A stretch of DNA of 64,000 bases. It comes from Tubiluchus corallicola. Its lineage: Eukaryota > Animalia > Priapulida. The notes under the pieces were generated by a model that was given only the letters and a program-made list of their open reading frames with translations, did no database searches and was not told the origin of the DNA. This document shows, piece after piece, positions 41,001-55,100 of the stretch. The stretch is from positions 335,124-399,123 of the forward strand of contig JAQGDQ010000181.1 in assembly GCA_030141605.1 (NCBI GenBank). Reading direction: 5' to 3'. The position numbers were made by a program, and so were the translations under genes. Positions within the stretch are counted from its first letter, which is position 1; each line of letters starts with the position of its first letter.

Positions 41001-43053
41001 TTCGTTGTTTAGTGTCCGCTGCAGAATCATTTCGTATGTTAAGAGTCATTCCGTGAGAAAATCAGCAAAATAGTGGAAGGTGACAAATCACCGATTTTGT
41101 TCATATTCACAGGGTTTGATGGTCCCCTCAGATGTACCCCACAGCCAAAATATTAGATTTCAGAAATGAGCCGTTTCGGAGAAAAGCCGCCATTTTGATT
41201 TTTTTCGGATTTTGGCCATTTTGGCGTAAAAAATTGCCCATTATTTCTCACGTTATTACAGACAGTAAATGAGCGATCCAGCACTAGTTAATTGGTGATA
41301 TATATAGTAGGGGTCTTACCCTACCGTACCATTATCGTTGCCAAATTGAACCTCCTTTTCAGTTGGTGTCATCAGATTGCAAAAGATACGTGTCTGCTGC
41401 TGCTGAATTTAGACGCCATTTTGAAATCCCCGTAACTCCACTGGGGCGGGTATTGGGGGACTAATCAATATATTTTTATTTGCAGCTTGACTAGTCCTAC
41501 AAATGCATGAAATAAAATTTTGGCCAGCGATCTCCCAAGAATCCAGAATTTTTAGCCGAAGTTGCTCTTTTTTGCCATTTTCACAACCTTGACCTATATT
41601 TAGCTATTCGCTTTGGATGACGGTGTTGCCATTAGAATCGATACAAAGTGCAGCAACGTCAATGTTTATAGTAGTCATGGACTGGCTTTAGATGTCTGGG
41701 CACTCCTAGCAACCAGGCCCCTCATCAGGGGCCCATTCCCTTCGAAGGGCCCCTGTGACGATTACAACATAGTGATTTTTATAATCTGTATAAAACACGG
41801 AATAGTTTCATGTACATAATAACAGTTTCGTGTACAAGTGCTCGGGCTATATACCTATGGCCCGTGGATCAATACGGAGGCCTCGGGAGGGCCCCACTCT
41901 CTTGACTGAAAAATAGACTTCAGTCAAAAAGGTTTAGTGTCGCTTTCTAAACAAGATTCTAAAGTAAGGCGGACAAGGCGAGGCAAGGCACTATTTGTGA
42001 AATTGTGTTGAAACCGCCGCGAGCATCGAATATAACATGTTGCGAGCCAATTTTTAAAACGCGCACAGCTTTGTGTGGTCTTGTATTCAACAGGCGAATA
42101 GTTGTCAGTCCCTGATATTTTTCCTCAAATCAATTCGAGTTAATAGTTAGTTAGTTACTAATACCCTGGTGTGGCAACTGCGACAACCAGACTTCTGCTT
42201 ACTAACAACGGGCATTAACAAAAAAAACTGGTTAAGAAACGCAGCAAAGGTTAGTACGACCCTGCCTCGGCCGTTACATACTAATTCCGACTCTGTGCAA
42301 CGTATGTTTCAAGCCATTCGCTCATATTGTATTTAACCGCTAGGTTTCCACCGTCTTGTAAAGATATACGCATATACACCGACTACCATATTCAACTAAA
42401 CTCTAACGAGAATCAGGGCGCTGACACTTATAATCACAAATTTTCAAAATAACAAAAAGAGAAACAACAAATTCTTTACGTCCACGACTATTTTTTATTC
42501 GCCAATATTCAATGAAAAGTCGCACTATAGTAAATAATAATAAGCTAATAATTGATAATACATACAGTAAGCTGCTACTATGTGTTGCTATGGTAACCTC
42601 CTTATCAAAAGAGACACAGAGAGACAGAGAGAGTCACAGAGAGACAGAGAGAGTCACAGAGAGACAGAGAAAGAGACAGAGAGACACATAGAGACAGAGA
42701 CAGAGAGAGAGAGACACACAGAGATAGAGAGACAGAGAGAGACACAGAGAAACAGAAAGAGACAGAGAGAGACACACAGAGACAGAGAGACACAGAGAGA
42801 GAGACAGACAGAGACAGAGAGAGAGACAGAGAGAGAGACACAAAGAGACACAGAGAGACAGAAGAGACACAGAGAGACGGAGAGAGACAGAGAGAGGCAC
42901 AGAGACACAGAGAGCGACACAGAGAGACACACAGAGAGAGAGACAGAGAGATAAACGCACAGAGAGAGAAACACAGAGAGACACAGAGAGACAGAGAGGG
43001 AAACAGAAAGACAGAGAGAGAGAGATAGAGAGAGACACAGAGAGACAGAAACA

Positions 43054-43120
<67 letters not shown>

Positions 43121-46100
43121 ACATGGAGAGACAGAGAGAGACACAGACAGACACAGAGAGAGACAAAGAGAGACAGAGATAGACACAGAGAGACAGAAAG
43201 AGACACAGAGAGACACAGAGAGACAGAGAGAGACACAGAGAGAGAGACAGACAGAGACACAAAGAGACACAGAGAGACAGAAAGAGACAGAAGAGACGGA
43301 GAGAGACACAGAGAGACAGAGAGAGGCACAGAGACACAGAGAGACAGAGAGCGACACAGAGAGACACACACAGAGAGAAACACAGAGAGAGACACAGAGA
43401 GACAGAGAGAGACACAGAGAGACAGAGAGGGACACAGAAAGACAGAGAGACAGACAGAGACAGAGAGAGAGACAGAGAGAGAGACAGAAACAGAGACACA
43501 CACACACACAGACATGGAGAGACAGAGAGAGACACAGAGAGAGACAGAGACAGACACAGAGAGACACAGAGAGACAGAGAGAGAGACACAGAGAGACAGA
43601 GAGAGACACAGAGAGACAGAGAGAGACACAGAGAGACAGAGAGAGAGACACAGAGAGATAGAGAGAGACACAGAGAGACACAGAGAGATAAAGAGAGACA
43701 GAGACAGAGAGAGAGTGACAGAGAGAGACACACAGAGAGAGACAGAGAGATCCAGAGTGAGACACACAGAGACAGAGAGAGACACAGAGAGACACAGAAA
43801 GAGACAGACAGAGAGAGAGAGAGACAGAAACTGTAATTTATCGTTTCTTTTTGAAATTTTCATTTTTTTATTCAGAATTATGAATAATTCGTACTAATTT
43901 TTTTCCGATTTAGGTCACATTCAAGATCGAATCTCGTCAATTTATGGACGAGCTGGCCAAAATTTTATTAATGACCTAAGTATGCCTGGTCAAGCTGTAA
44001 ATAAACATATATTAATTATACTTCAAATACCCGCCCCAGTGGAGTTATGAGAATTTTAAAACAGGGTGTCATTCAGACGGTAGCAGACACACATCTTTCA
44101 TGAGCTCATGATACCTACTGAAAGAGAATCTCAATTCATCAAACTCAATGTGGCAATAGGGCAAGACCCCTACTATATATACCACCCAGCAACTAGTCCT
44201 GGATCATTCATTTACTGCCTGTAATGATGTGACAAATATAGGTCATTTTTTACGTCAAAATGGCCAAAATCCAAAAAAAATCAAAATGGCGGCCTATCTC
44301 CGAAACGGCTCATTTTTGATATCTAATATTTTGGCTGTGGGGTACATCTGAGGGGATCATCCAACCCTGTGAATATGAACAAAATCGGTGATTTGTCACC
44401 TTCCACTATTTTTTGACTTTTGCATGGTTTTCTCGCGGAATGACTCTTAATAGTCTCAGCAGTTTCATCAAGCTCATCCTCTTCGTCAAAAACCTTGCCG
44501 GAATTTTCTTCACTGTTGGAACTTTTTTCACCACTGGAAGGTTCATCGCAGGACACACTCAATTCAGGCTCAAGCTTTGACTTTTCACTAATGTTATTTC
44601 CTTTATCACTCTTTAAATAACTGTTAATCGGTAATCGGTGATTGCTCTTTTCTACATGTTCAACTTCTACTTTGTCACCTTCAATAGAAACGTCATCTGA
44701 AAAATCGCTGAGGGAGTTTTTGCTTAAATGCCGTGGCAATGTTTTATCTAAGTTCATTTCAACATTCTCGCCAGAGGAAGTTGCTGGCTCAGTTCCCCCA
44801 AGCTTATTATCATTTCTAAGTTCTTTATTTTTAACACCTGATTCAGAATTTATTATACTGAACTGTGATTTTTGTTGTGGAGATATGCTACACTTCTCAT
44901 AATCAGTATCTTGTTTCTTAGCAGACGCTTTTTCTTCACCTGCAGGGTATTCACATTTCTTAAAAATACTTTCTAAGCTTTCTCCTGCTGCCAAATTGCC
45001 ACCTTCATCAAAATCTGATTGTTTCCTACCTGTAGGTGTGTTACCTTCTGAACTACTATCACTATCACCCATTTCTCTGCTAATAGTTTTTCTATTAAGA
45101 TTTACTTTAGTCTCGTTTTCAGCGTCAATATTACATACAGATTTTGATTCTGTATCATCTGAAGATTTTTCGTTTTCTGAGCAGCTTCTACTGATATCAC
45201 CTGCTTCTTCATCATCATTAATTCTCTTTACATTGTTCTCTTCATTTAGGGCAGATTCTGTGCTTCTGCTAGTAGGTTTTAACAAAATACCATCATTACC
45301 TAATTCACCAACATTTTTGTTGTAATCCGATATCGCAAATATTCTTTCTTCAATTGTGTCACCACTAACCAACTCACCGAACACTGATTTTAAGCTCTTT
45401 TCCTCTGGTACATTTAGTTCCTCTTCTTCCCCATCTTCTTTGTCCACCGTTGACTTTGATTCCTCCTCCTCCATTTCTATTTTTTCGCCAACACTAACAA
45501 CTTCCGACTCGAATTTCTGATCAAAGTACTCAACAGAACTATGTTTTCCATATTCATAACAAGTTTCAAGTTTACTAATTTTTTCATTTTGCATTTTACC
45601 TTGTCTATTGTCTTTCAAGCTACTTTCTTCTACTTCTTGTTCTTCTTCTTCCATTTCCTCTTCGTCATCTGACGATAAATCTGACGTAATGTCTCCATGA
45701 GATTTCGACAAACATTTTTCACTTTGCAAGCCCTCTTTAGATGTGTCTTTTGATTTGTTCTTTTCATTTTCACTCATATTATCAGGTTCCTCCTTGTCAT
45801 CTTCTGATGACCTCATCTCCATGACCTGATAGGAATCCCCATTTTTGTCTTCTGATCTCTCTTTAGTTTCAATGTCTGATTCTTGGGTTTCATGTTCCTC
45901 TTGTTCGTTGTCATTTTCCTCTTCCTCATCACTAGACGTAGACTCTGATTCAGTGTTCTCTTCGACTTGATCGTCACCATTCATAAGAGATTCGACATCT
46001 GTATCGTGATCAGTCATTCTTTGATCATCAATTTGAAAGATATCGAAGTCATCACTTTCAGCGTCAATTTCTTCCATTATAACGAGTGTGTCATCTAGTT

Positions 46101-49100
46101 TGCTTTGAGCATCATCTTTGTCTTCATCCTAAAAATTAAAATGAAATTATGAAATAACTAGTTGCAAATTCCTCCTGTCAAACATTACAGGCAATGCCCA
46201 TGTGACCCACATCTAAATCGTTAAATATGAACTAGATATTATTTTTGTTAGACTCGTCCTAAGTATGAGTATGAGTGCGCAATGTGGGCAACCTTCATTA
46301 CAGTACTTTCAATTTTTCCATTTCTCTCCAAAGGGCTTTAAAATATTAAAATGCCAAATACTATCACACTTAAATTGTTCTCAACTTCTCCGTGAAAATA
46401 AATTAAATTATAACCGTGCACAATGCTTCTTTGCAGCACTAAATTTACGTAGAACATGGGCCTAAAGGAGAAATTTAAACATGATTATTAATGTGTGCTT
46501 GCAAAGCAAAATCGTCCATAAGCTGGCAATTAAGCTTTTCATCGCTCTATGTTTTTTCTAAGCTGAGATAATCCATGTTGAAGTTCAGGTGCACGCTACA
46601 CACTGAAAAACGTAATCCTGAGAAAAGCGCTGTTAAAGTCAGCCATTGTTTTTTTTGTCGCGTCTCTACGAAACACATAGCAACTGTGCTACGGAAGTTA
46701 CACTTAAATCCAGTAGATGGCTCTTCCTGACGAAGATCTAGTCTTGTGAACAGAAAAAATCCAAAGCAAAATGGTTGCTTCCACGAGCTACAATCGTAGT
46801 TAGAAAATACAAGTTGTTTTACAATTACAGTACTAGTTTCTAAGCAGAAAAGTGGGTAAGGAGTGATAAAATTAGACTTTTTGCATTTTTGGAAACTGAA
46901 AATTGGATGACGGCTGTATTGTTTAACGAATGGTTAGTGAAATGGTAGACAACTGTACTGCCCATGTAGTCAGCACATCATTGAAACACATTACAGTTGC
47001 GTTTTGCCTGCAAACACCACATCACTTATTCAGCCCTGTGATCAAGGCATTATTCGAACACTGAAGGCATACTATAGAAGAGAAATGCGGACGAGAGTGT
47101 TAGAAGCAATAGATTCAGACGATGCCATTGATCAATTAACCGCAAATGACCTAGCCTCCTGAACGCTTTACATGTACTGGCTATGTCGTGGAGCAATTGT
47201 AAGTGAGCAGCCAACATTGGAGGAATTTTTGTAATATTTGCACAGAAACAGACCTGTGTGATTTGGAAAAATATACTATATTATTTATTATTAATTCACT
47301 TATATAAATTCATATTTTAAAATATTTTTTCCAATTTTTAACTGCACAAAAGAATTTAGGCATTACTTCATTTCTAAAATTGATTAAAAGCCTTTGCAGT
47401 GCATAGTAACCTGATGACTCATACTTCTATAGCAGTAACACTACACCCATCGGTTAATAGGTTCAGTTGGTTAACTGGATCAAAACACGTCAGTCCCAAA
47501 GTGAGTCTATTAAACGGTGACTACTGTATTAATATTATGTGGATTCAAGTGTATGGTGTTATAGTTGTATTACCTTAATTTACTCACACATGTACTATAT
47601 AATAAATTACTATAAACTAAATAATATACTACAAAAATACTAAAATCATTAGCACTAAGTGCTGTATATAGTATAATCAGCTAAAAAATGAAATTTAAAC
47701 CTGATAGACGTCTACAGAATTTGTTGCTTTGTCAATAGAGAAGAGTGGCTGATGCTGATCTGAAGGTTCGGTGCCAAGTACGGGTGCCATCACTTGTAAG
47801 TTGAAACTCTGGAAAAGCACACGAAAAATTATTTACAACATGCTCATATAAAAAAATCACATACTGCAGACTTAGTAGCGATATGTGACAAAGACTCTGA
47901 CTATCTCTCTTTCCTATCTCTCCTTGCAAAAAAAAACAAGAGCAAAGAAAGAAAGAGAATCATGGCAAACTAAGTAAAATCTAAAAAATGCAACATACAT
48001 CCAAGATTCGATTGCATAGGTCAGTTTGGGCAGGTTTCAGCAGATATTTAGTGACAGCTAGCATATCATTTCCTCGCAATTTGAGAGGCACTTCGTGCAA
48101 AAGCATAGAATTCAATTCTTCAAGCCAACGCCAAAAACGTGTCGGTGCTGGAGTATCTAAAACAAACAAGGATAACCACATTAATTATATATGCTAGCAT
48201 AACTCACTAATGGTATTTAACTGAGTGCAAAAATGGACAGCAAAGGAAAGAGAAGACGAAGACAGGAGAGACATATTCCATAAAAAGACTAAGGTTCTGT
48301 TTAATATACGGACTGTGGTGAGAAACGCTCAAGACATGCCAGACGGCCAGCATGGTGAAGACACATGATAAGAACTTTGAATTGAAATAAAACAACAAAT
48401 GGGATGATCGGGCATTTGCAAAATGTAAAAAAATTCAAGATCGGGCAAATAACAATTTTCAAACATAAATTTAAGCAAATTTTTCATTTTTTCTTTTGAA
48501 GTCAAGTGAGTATACCGAGTGCTTTCTTTCGAAGTTCCGCTGTTTCACTCTTTCCTAGTATGTCTGTGGTCATTTTCACTGCAAGGATGTATTTAAGGTA
48601 CTGCGTGCAGGTCAGACCATCCGGTAAAGACATGAGCACTTTGTAAGCTAACGAGTAAATGATATCCTTGTGCTCTGGTTTAAAAAGTGTCACCTACATA
48701 GCAAAAAACACATTTTAATTGGTGTTATGTGAATCTATGTATGATCCAACACATCGTCATTATAATCAAGTTCTGTGATGCAAAGTAATATTAACCTTGA
48801 AGTTTAAAATAATATTTCTCTGAACAAAAGTATTTGACAACTGCATTAAACCTAACAGTCCTGTTTTTGAAATGCAGGAAAAAAAATTAGACTGATGTTA
48901 GCAACAAACAATAAGGACGGTTGTGGAAAGGCTTTAACATAAGTTCTTCTGAACCTGTTTGCCAATCCTTTCAACTATGTATGTGTATGTGGTTGCATAG
49001 CAAAATCATCAATAAGTCGGCAATTAAGGATTTCTAGTTATTCACATATCCTGACTCTCCATTTCATGAGGATCATTTTGATACCAAGCTCATTGCTCTA

Positions 49101-52100
49101 CATTATTTCTAAGCTGAGATAAACTATGTTGAAGCTGAGGTGCAAGCTGCGCACTGAAAAACATAATCTTGAGAAAATTGTTGTTAAAGTTAGCCATTGT
49201 TTTTTGTCGCATTTCTACAAAGCACTTAGCAACCGGACAAATATTGGTTGCTACGAACTTTACACGAACACATTGAAGTTACGTTTAAATCCAGTAGAAG
49301 GCTCTTCCTGACAAAGATCTGGGCTTGGCAACAGTAAAGGCCCAAAGCAAAATGATTGCTTTTATGAGCTACTGTTAGAGTTTGAAAATACAAGTTTTTT
49401 TTTACAATTGCAGTAACCAGAAAAGTGAATACGGGGTTATAAAATTAGATGTTTAGTATTTTTTGAACACTTTCGTGATCATTTGATGCTAGAATATAAA
49501 AGCCCAATATATTTAGTGTCTATTTTTATAAAAAACAAAAAATTGACATTTGACCAAATTTTTGGTGTATTCTACTTTGAAGCATTATAACATAGTTTTA
49601 ACTATGCCAACTTACGGACGGTGTAGGTTTGCAAGCACACATATATAAAAACTTCACAATTAACAATATTCTGAAAATTTAAAAATTGAAAGAAGATCCA
49701 GAACCATAATGTAAAAACAGAAAGCATGCCTGAATTGAAAATTTTGCAAAACAGTAACAGTGATTTAGTATTCATGTTGCTAAAATTAGCTAAAACATAT
49801 TTTCAAAATTATATTTGCAAAGATGACAGGAACCTATTGCTACAAATACTACATTAGCATCCAGTACATTACAGATATAATGAGCTAACATCAAATAGCC
49901 TACAGAGTGATATGATAAAAAAAACAACTTACACTATTCAGCTCAGACTATTTTACAACGAGGAGGGAAGAGCATTTAATACCTGTGAGCAACTTAACTT
50001 CAAAATAACAGGTTTGCTTAATAAATTTACGAATTAAAGTGAGGTGAATAAGCAACTGGTTATAATATGAATTTGTGACTAAAATTAAGCAACATCGGGG
50101 CTGGTCAGTGAACAGATAAGTGACTGGCAAGTCCAATAACTCGTACTAACCGGTTTCGTTGAGCGTCAGCATACAGATTCTGGGTATGCAACTCGCCATT
50201 GAGGGAAAACATACTCACAATTGAATGTGGCGAAGATACTTCCCGTGTTATATTTTGGGAGAAGCACCCTCAATAACGAGTCAGATTCTGGCCTTGCTGC
50301 AACCATCTACATTAATTAGGACAAGCACGTAATTCTCAAAACGCTAAGGTTCTACAAAAATTTGTCATCATCATTAGTGTTCCATTTGCTGTAGTCGATG
50401 TGATCAGATTTGGTTTACGAGAAATTTGTTTATCTACTGTTTCATGCAATGTTCCCTTTTAGTTTTAAATGTACTCTTGAGAATGGCTGCCATTAAGTAC
50501 TTGAGATATTGAGTTTATCTATTAATAAATTATCTCTTGTACCCATTTAGCTATTTCAGTATGTTTCACGGTGTTAGTATACCAATTACATACATATGCT
50601 TAAAATAAAACACCTTATTTCATAGTGAATGTAAGCAAAATAATCATAGCTCTCACCTGTAGAATTACATCAAGCATAAAAGTAGGATTGTGTCCAATGA
50701 ATGCATATAATTGTAAGCAGATTTGACTAGCGATCACAGTTTTATCTTCTGCTTTCCTAGATGCTGTAATATGCAAATCCACTAACATGGACATCAATGC
50801 TGCTGCAACATCATTGCAAAATGCTGACGACTGTAAAAACACTGATAATCATCAATACAGTTACTATTTCACCACATGATACAGCAGCAAAAACCCAAAG
50901 AAAAATAATAAAAGATTTAAGTAACCGACGAAACTTTCCGTAGGAGTCTTTCTAGCTGCAACTTGTAATTTAGTAAATTAGCACAAAATAATGACTTCAA
51001 AATACCTTAATGAAAAATTTCCATTATTTGAATGTCTGTTACATACATAGTGATGTGAGCATACAACGAAACACAAAGAATAAATAAAATTTAAAATAAA
51101 TTTCAACTTACGATTCAAAGTAAATAATAATGGTTATTTGGTAAGAATAGATTTACAATAATGCAATTTTATACAGCCACCTGTGCATTACCACAGACAC
51201 ATATTCGCTTTGATGCTAGACGGACCTTATGTCAGGTGAAACAGCTGCTTAGCACAATATTGAAACAACTGGCATTGGCATGGTATATCATAAACGCATT
51301 TACAGACACACATATTTTTACTATCGCATTTTATATTGATGCCGGAGTAAAACAAAATGAATCCAATGTATATAAAACAGTCACATGTTATCGGGTAACC
51401 GTGCCAGTTGATGTCACAGCCAATGTGGAGCATAATTAGGCAAGCACCACACTACCAATTTAATTCACATATTCAAAATAAAAACTCACGTACTCTTGGT
51501 AACTGCTGGGTCTTCATATGGCAAAACGAAAGGAAATCCTGCAGTCCAGTTGCTAACTTCTTTGCAGATTTGACTTTTTTCTTTTCAACACACTTCTGAA
51601 CTACACTTGTCATCATCATCATGAACTCCTTCATGAGATTCTCCACAGCCGCTGCCGTTGTAATGCCAGTTAGAAGGTGTTGATAGACCCTCGTATTTCG
51701 AAATGGAATGTTGCTCGTATATTTGCTAGATATGGCTTCAGCAGTCTATACAAGATACCGATATATGAAGACTGAATAGCGAAAACAGAAACAACACTTT
51801 CACAAACTACACAGAACGACATGTCATATTAAAAATAACAAGTCTTTGAATTTAGCAAAAAATATTGTATTGCACAAAATTTTCTTGAAAAAATCTGCAT
51901 TTAAGACCCGATGTGACTAGTTTTTTCTTGCTGTTGGCAAAATCCCTGCAAAACTGCTCATCATTTGAAACGTCTATCTCTATAGCGAGAAAAAACTCTT
52001 GCGTGTTTCTTGCTACACCACAAAAATGCAGGCGAAAATGGCTATGGCAGCATTTTTATATATATATATAACATACCAGCGAAATTAATACATACGATCT

Positions 52101-55100
52101 TAATAAGCGTTGATTATTACCTGGTCAATCAATGCTTTGTCCATATCAGTAATCATATTGTGTTTTAGCTTCTGAACTAAATAGTGACAGTCTAAAAAAT
52201 AAGTAATAGACTAGACTTATCAGCTGTTAACTGAATTACACTTAATATGCATAAGAGAAACCTCTCACAGTCTACTGCTACTTAATATAATAAGTTAATA
52301 TTAATATATTAAGTCATAAAATGGAGTAAGAGATTTTCTGTATATATGCTAGATTCCATCACACAAAGGATACTAATAATTTCTGAATGGTTCTGTAGAA
52401 CTGGAGTTCAGCTCATTACCAGGGATATCTAACCAGTAAAGGTTTTTCAGCACATTCAGATGTATATGTTGTCACTCAGTGAGTTAGACAGAGAATAGAG
52501 CAGATGAACAGAAATGTCACTGAAACATTTGCAGTTTTATTTTCAGTGCAGACAACCATGAAGCTTTAAGGTCTCCAGATACAATCAATCGAAATATGAA
52601 AGTGCAATTTCAACAAAACTAAGTTTAAATTTGAAATTTATGAAATATAGTCAACTAACTATTTACAAAATAAAATATGTTTATTTTTTTCAAGCGTTTA
52701 GTTCCAAGGTATTACTTCTGGTTGCAGTTGAATAACAGTAAGCTATAGAATGAATATCCAGGATTCAACTGTCATGTAATATTAATTTTTCTTGGCTAGC
52801 TGTTTTCATCAAGTTTAGATTAGAGCAAATAAAAGCAAAAACAAAGTATTCTACTTGAATTTTTTTTCATAGTAGCTGGTCTTGAAAAAAATGTTTTCAA
52901 TTCACTTTACTAAGTTTAATAATTTTTGGTTTTCGTTTCAGTTTGTAATATTAGTTTCGGTACTCCTTGCACTTAAAGCTCTATGAAAAACATCCAGAGC
53001 AGCACAGGTTTGGTACATCCCTGCCAATAAAACCATATCAACTAGAGCTGATGCTGCTTAATTCTGTAAAGCTAAAAGCTAATAGTAAAAAATTTGCTGT
53101 TTCCCTTTACTACGTAATACTTAATATCGGAGCTCAACCTGCTACAATAATTTCATTCGAGATGTATAGTTTTGTTATGAACAGCTAAACAGAAGAGACA
53201 TGAATTTTACATTCGCTACATACATGTACAATGTTGATTTGAAACTTCTATTAATTACACATCACTGCATTATACAAAGCACATTTTGTAAATATTCATT
53301 TTACTTACAGACTTTTTGCTGAATTTCAGGAGACAAACAGTCAGCCAATCTCTGATTTAGAACGCAAGATTCCCGGATGCAAAAATTGTACGGTGCTTCT
53401 AAGTGTTTGTTGTCTTCATCAGTTAACAAGTCTTCTCTGACAGTCTTCTGTTTCTTCAGACTTGAAGGCTCTTTCACTGTTTCCAGACGACCATCCAATA
53501 ATCTAGAAATAAAACAAAAAAAAAACAGTTTAAGGTAAGTAAAGAAATTTATGTGGAAAAGGTGAGGAGACCATTACATTCACCATTCAAATATGGTCTA
53601 AAGAGGGCATATTTTTAGCAATTAGATTAGAAGATACTTGACTCTTTCTTACCATCTCATGTATGATTTTAGTAGAGACATGGGAACAATATGAGCAAAA
53701 TAACAGCAACCAAAAACAAAATGATCAAATGCTAAACTTCTATACAATGCTAAACTATACACATCTTACCATTATATGATGCTAAACTTATATATTTTAT
53801 ATACTATTTTATAATGTTAATCTATACACATCTTACTATTATATAATGCTAAACTATACACATCTTACTGCAGTCAAACCCCGTTACAGTGCCTTAAGGG
53901 CATTAAGCGAGGTTGGCATTACAAAAAGGGGCGTTATAACGAGGTTTGACTGTATTATAAACAAAAAAGTGCAAAGTAGAAGAATAGGTACTTTAGCTAC
54001 ATGTACATTTGTGATACAGTAAATGTCTTGCAATGTTTTAGCAGACACATCTAATCTTTACACCTCAGCATAAAGTTAAAGGCCGAAAATGGTATTTGGA
54101 GGTCTACTGTAACACTCATAATCTTAGCGCTAACATAATCCCTAATGGGGGAGCCTAAGGAATTTGTCTCCTTGCTAGTTACATAACCGCAACAGTAAAT
54201 ACAGCAGGTTTAGCGAAACAGAAGAGAAGGTGTAACCTCTGAAGCATAGTAAGATAAACTTTGAATTGGTTTTCAAGATCATCCTTTAACGGTCCTTCTG
54301 GTAGGCTAGCAACAGCAATCTTCAGTTGTTCTTTTAACTTCTTCTTAGTGACGACAATACCTACATACAGAACAAAATAAGCAGAAATTACAAACGATAA
54401 TTATCATAATCTACTAGTTTAATCTAGATTTTACTTATGAAAAGTACAACAGGAATGGTATTGTAATTTCACGTCACAAGTTTCTGTTGACCCAACTCTC
54501 AGAAGCCCTATGGAAATTAATAATGGCCATAATTAAAAATTAAAAATTTACAAGATCAAGACAAAGTCTCAGGACAATTTTCTGTTGGTTTTATAATTAA
54601 CTATGACTATTTCTTCTAATTTGCTATACTAGCTCTAGTTGCCTATGGTGATGGTGACACTGGGTCAATAAAAGCTGTCCAACAGAAGTTGCTATGCCTC
54701 TGCCATACTTTAGTTTTATTTTACCTTCAGTAGGTAAAGTGAGGTCATCCATTGTTAGCTAATGAGTTGTTTTTTAAACTTTTTTAAAATCAGCCATCTA
54801 CTTAATACAGCAGGTTGTGGCAAGACCAAAATCTATACCTCATTATCAAGCATCTAAGATTAGATACTGAATCAGCAGCAGTGCCTTAGTCTTATTCTGA
54901 TGAGCATACACTCAAACTCAACAAGATAAATTAATTACATTTGGCAGCACAGTATGGCTGTTTACCAGCCAACGGAAGATCCAGGAATTCACTCACTTGA
55001 TTATTCTACTAATCAGGCTCAGTATGGCTGATCATATCAGATGTTTACTTTAATGAAAAAAATTACTTTTCGAGTATTAGCTACAAACATAGTATGATAT

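Noticed and set aside
42580-43897. Long ORFs (396, 409, 359 aa SLCVSL-type; ERQRET-type)
   Set aside because: Artefacts of a stop-poor GA/CA microsatellite inside a transposon.
41043-44446. piggyBac classification based on the TTAA TSD
   Set aside because: piggyBac termini start with CC/CA-type pyrimidines (YY...RR); this element starts GAG and ends CTC.
35959-46077. Treating the 1696-aa and 584-aa ORFs as two independent genes
   Set aside because: Their facing ends derive from TIR sequence, and they fuse in frame once the element is removed.
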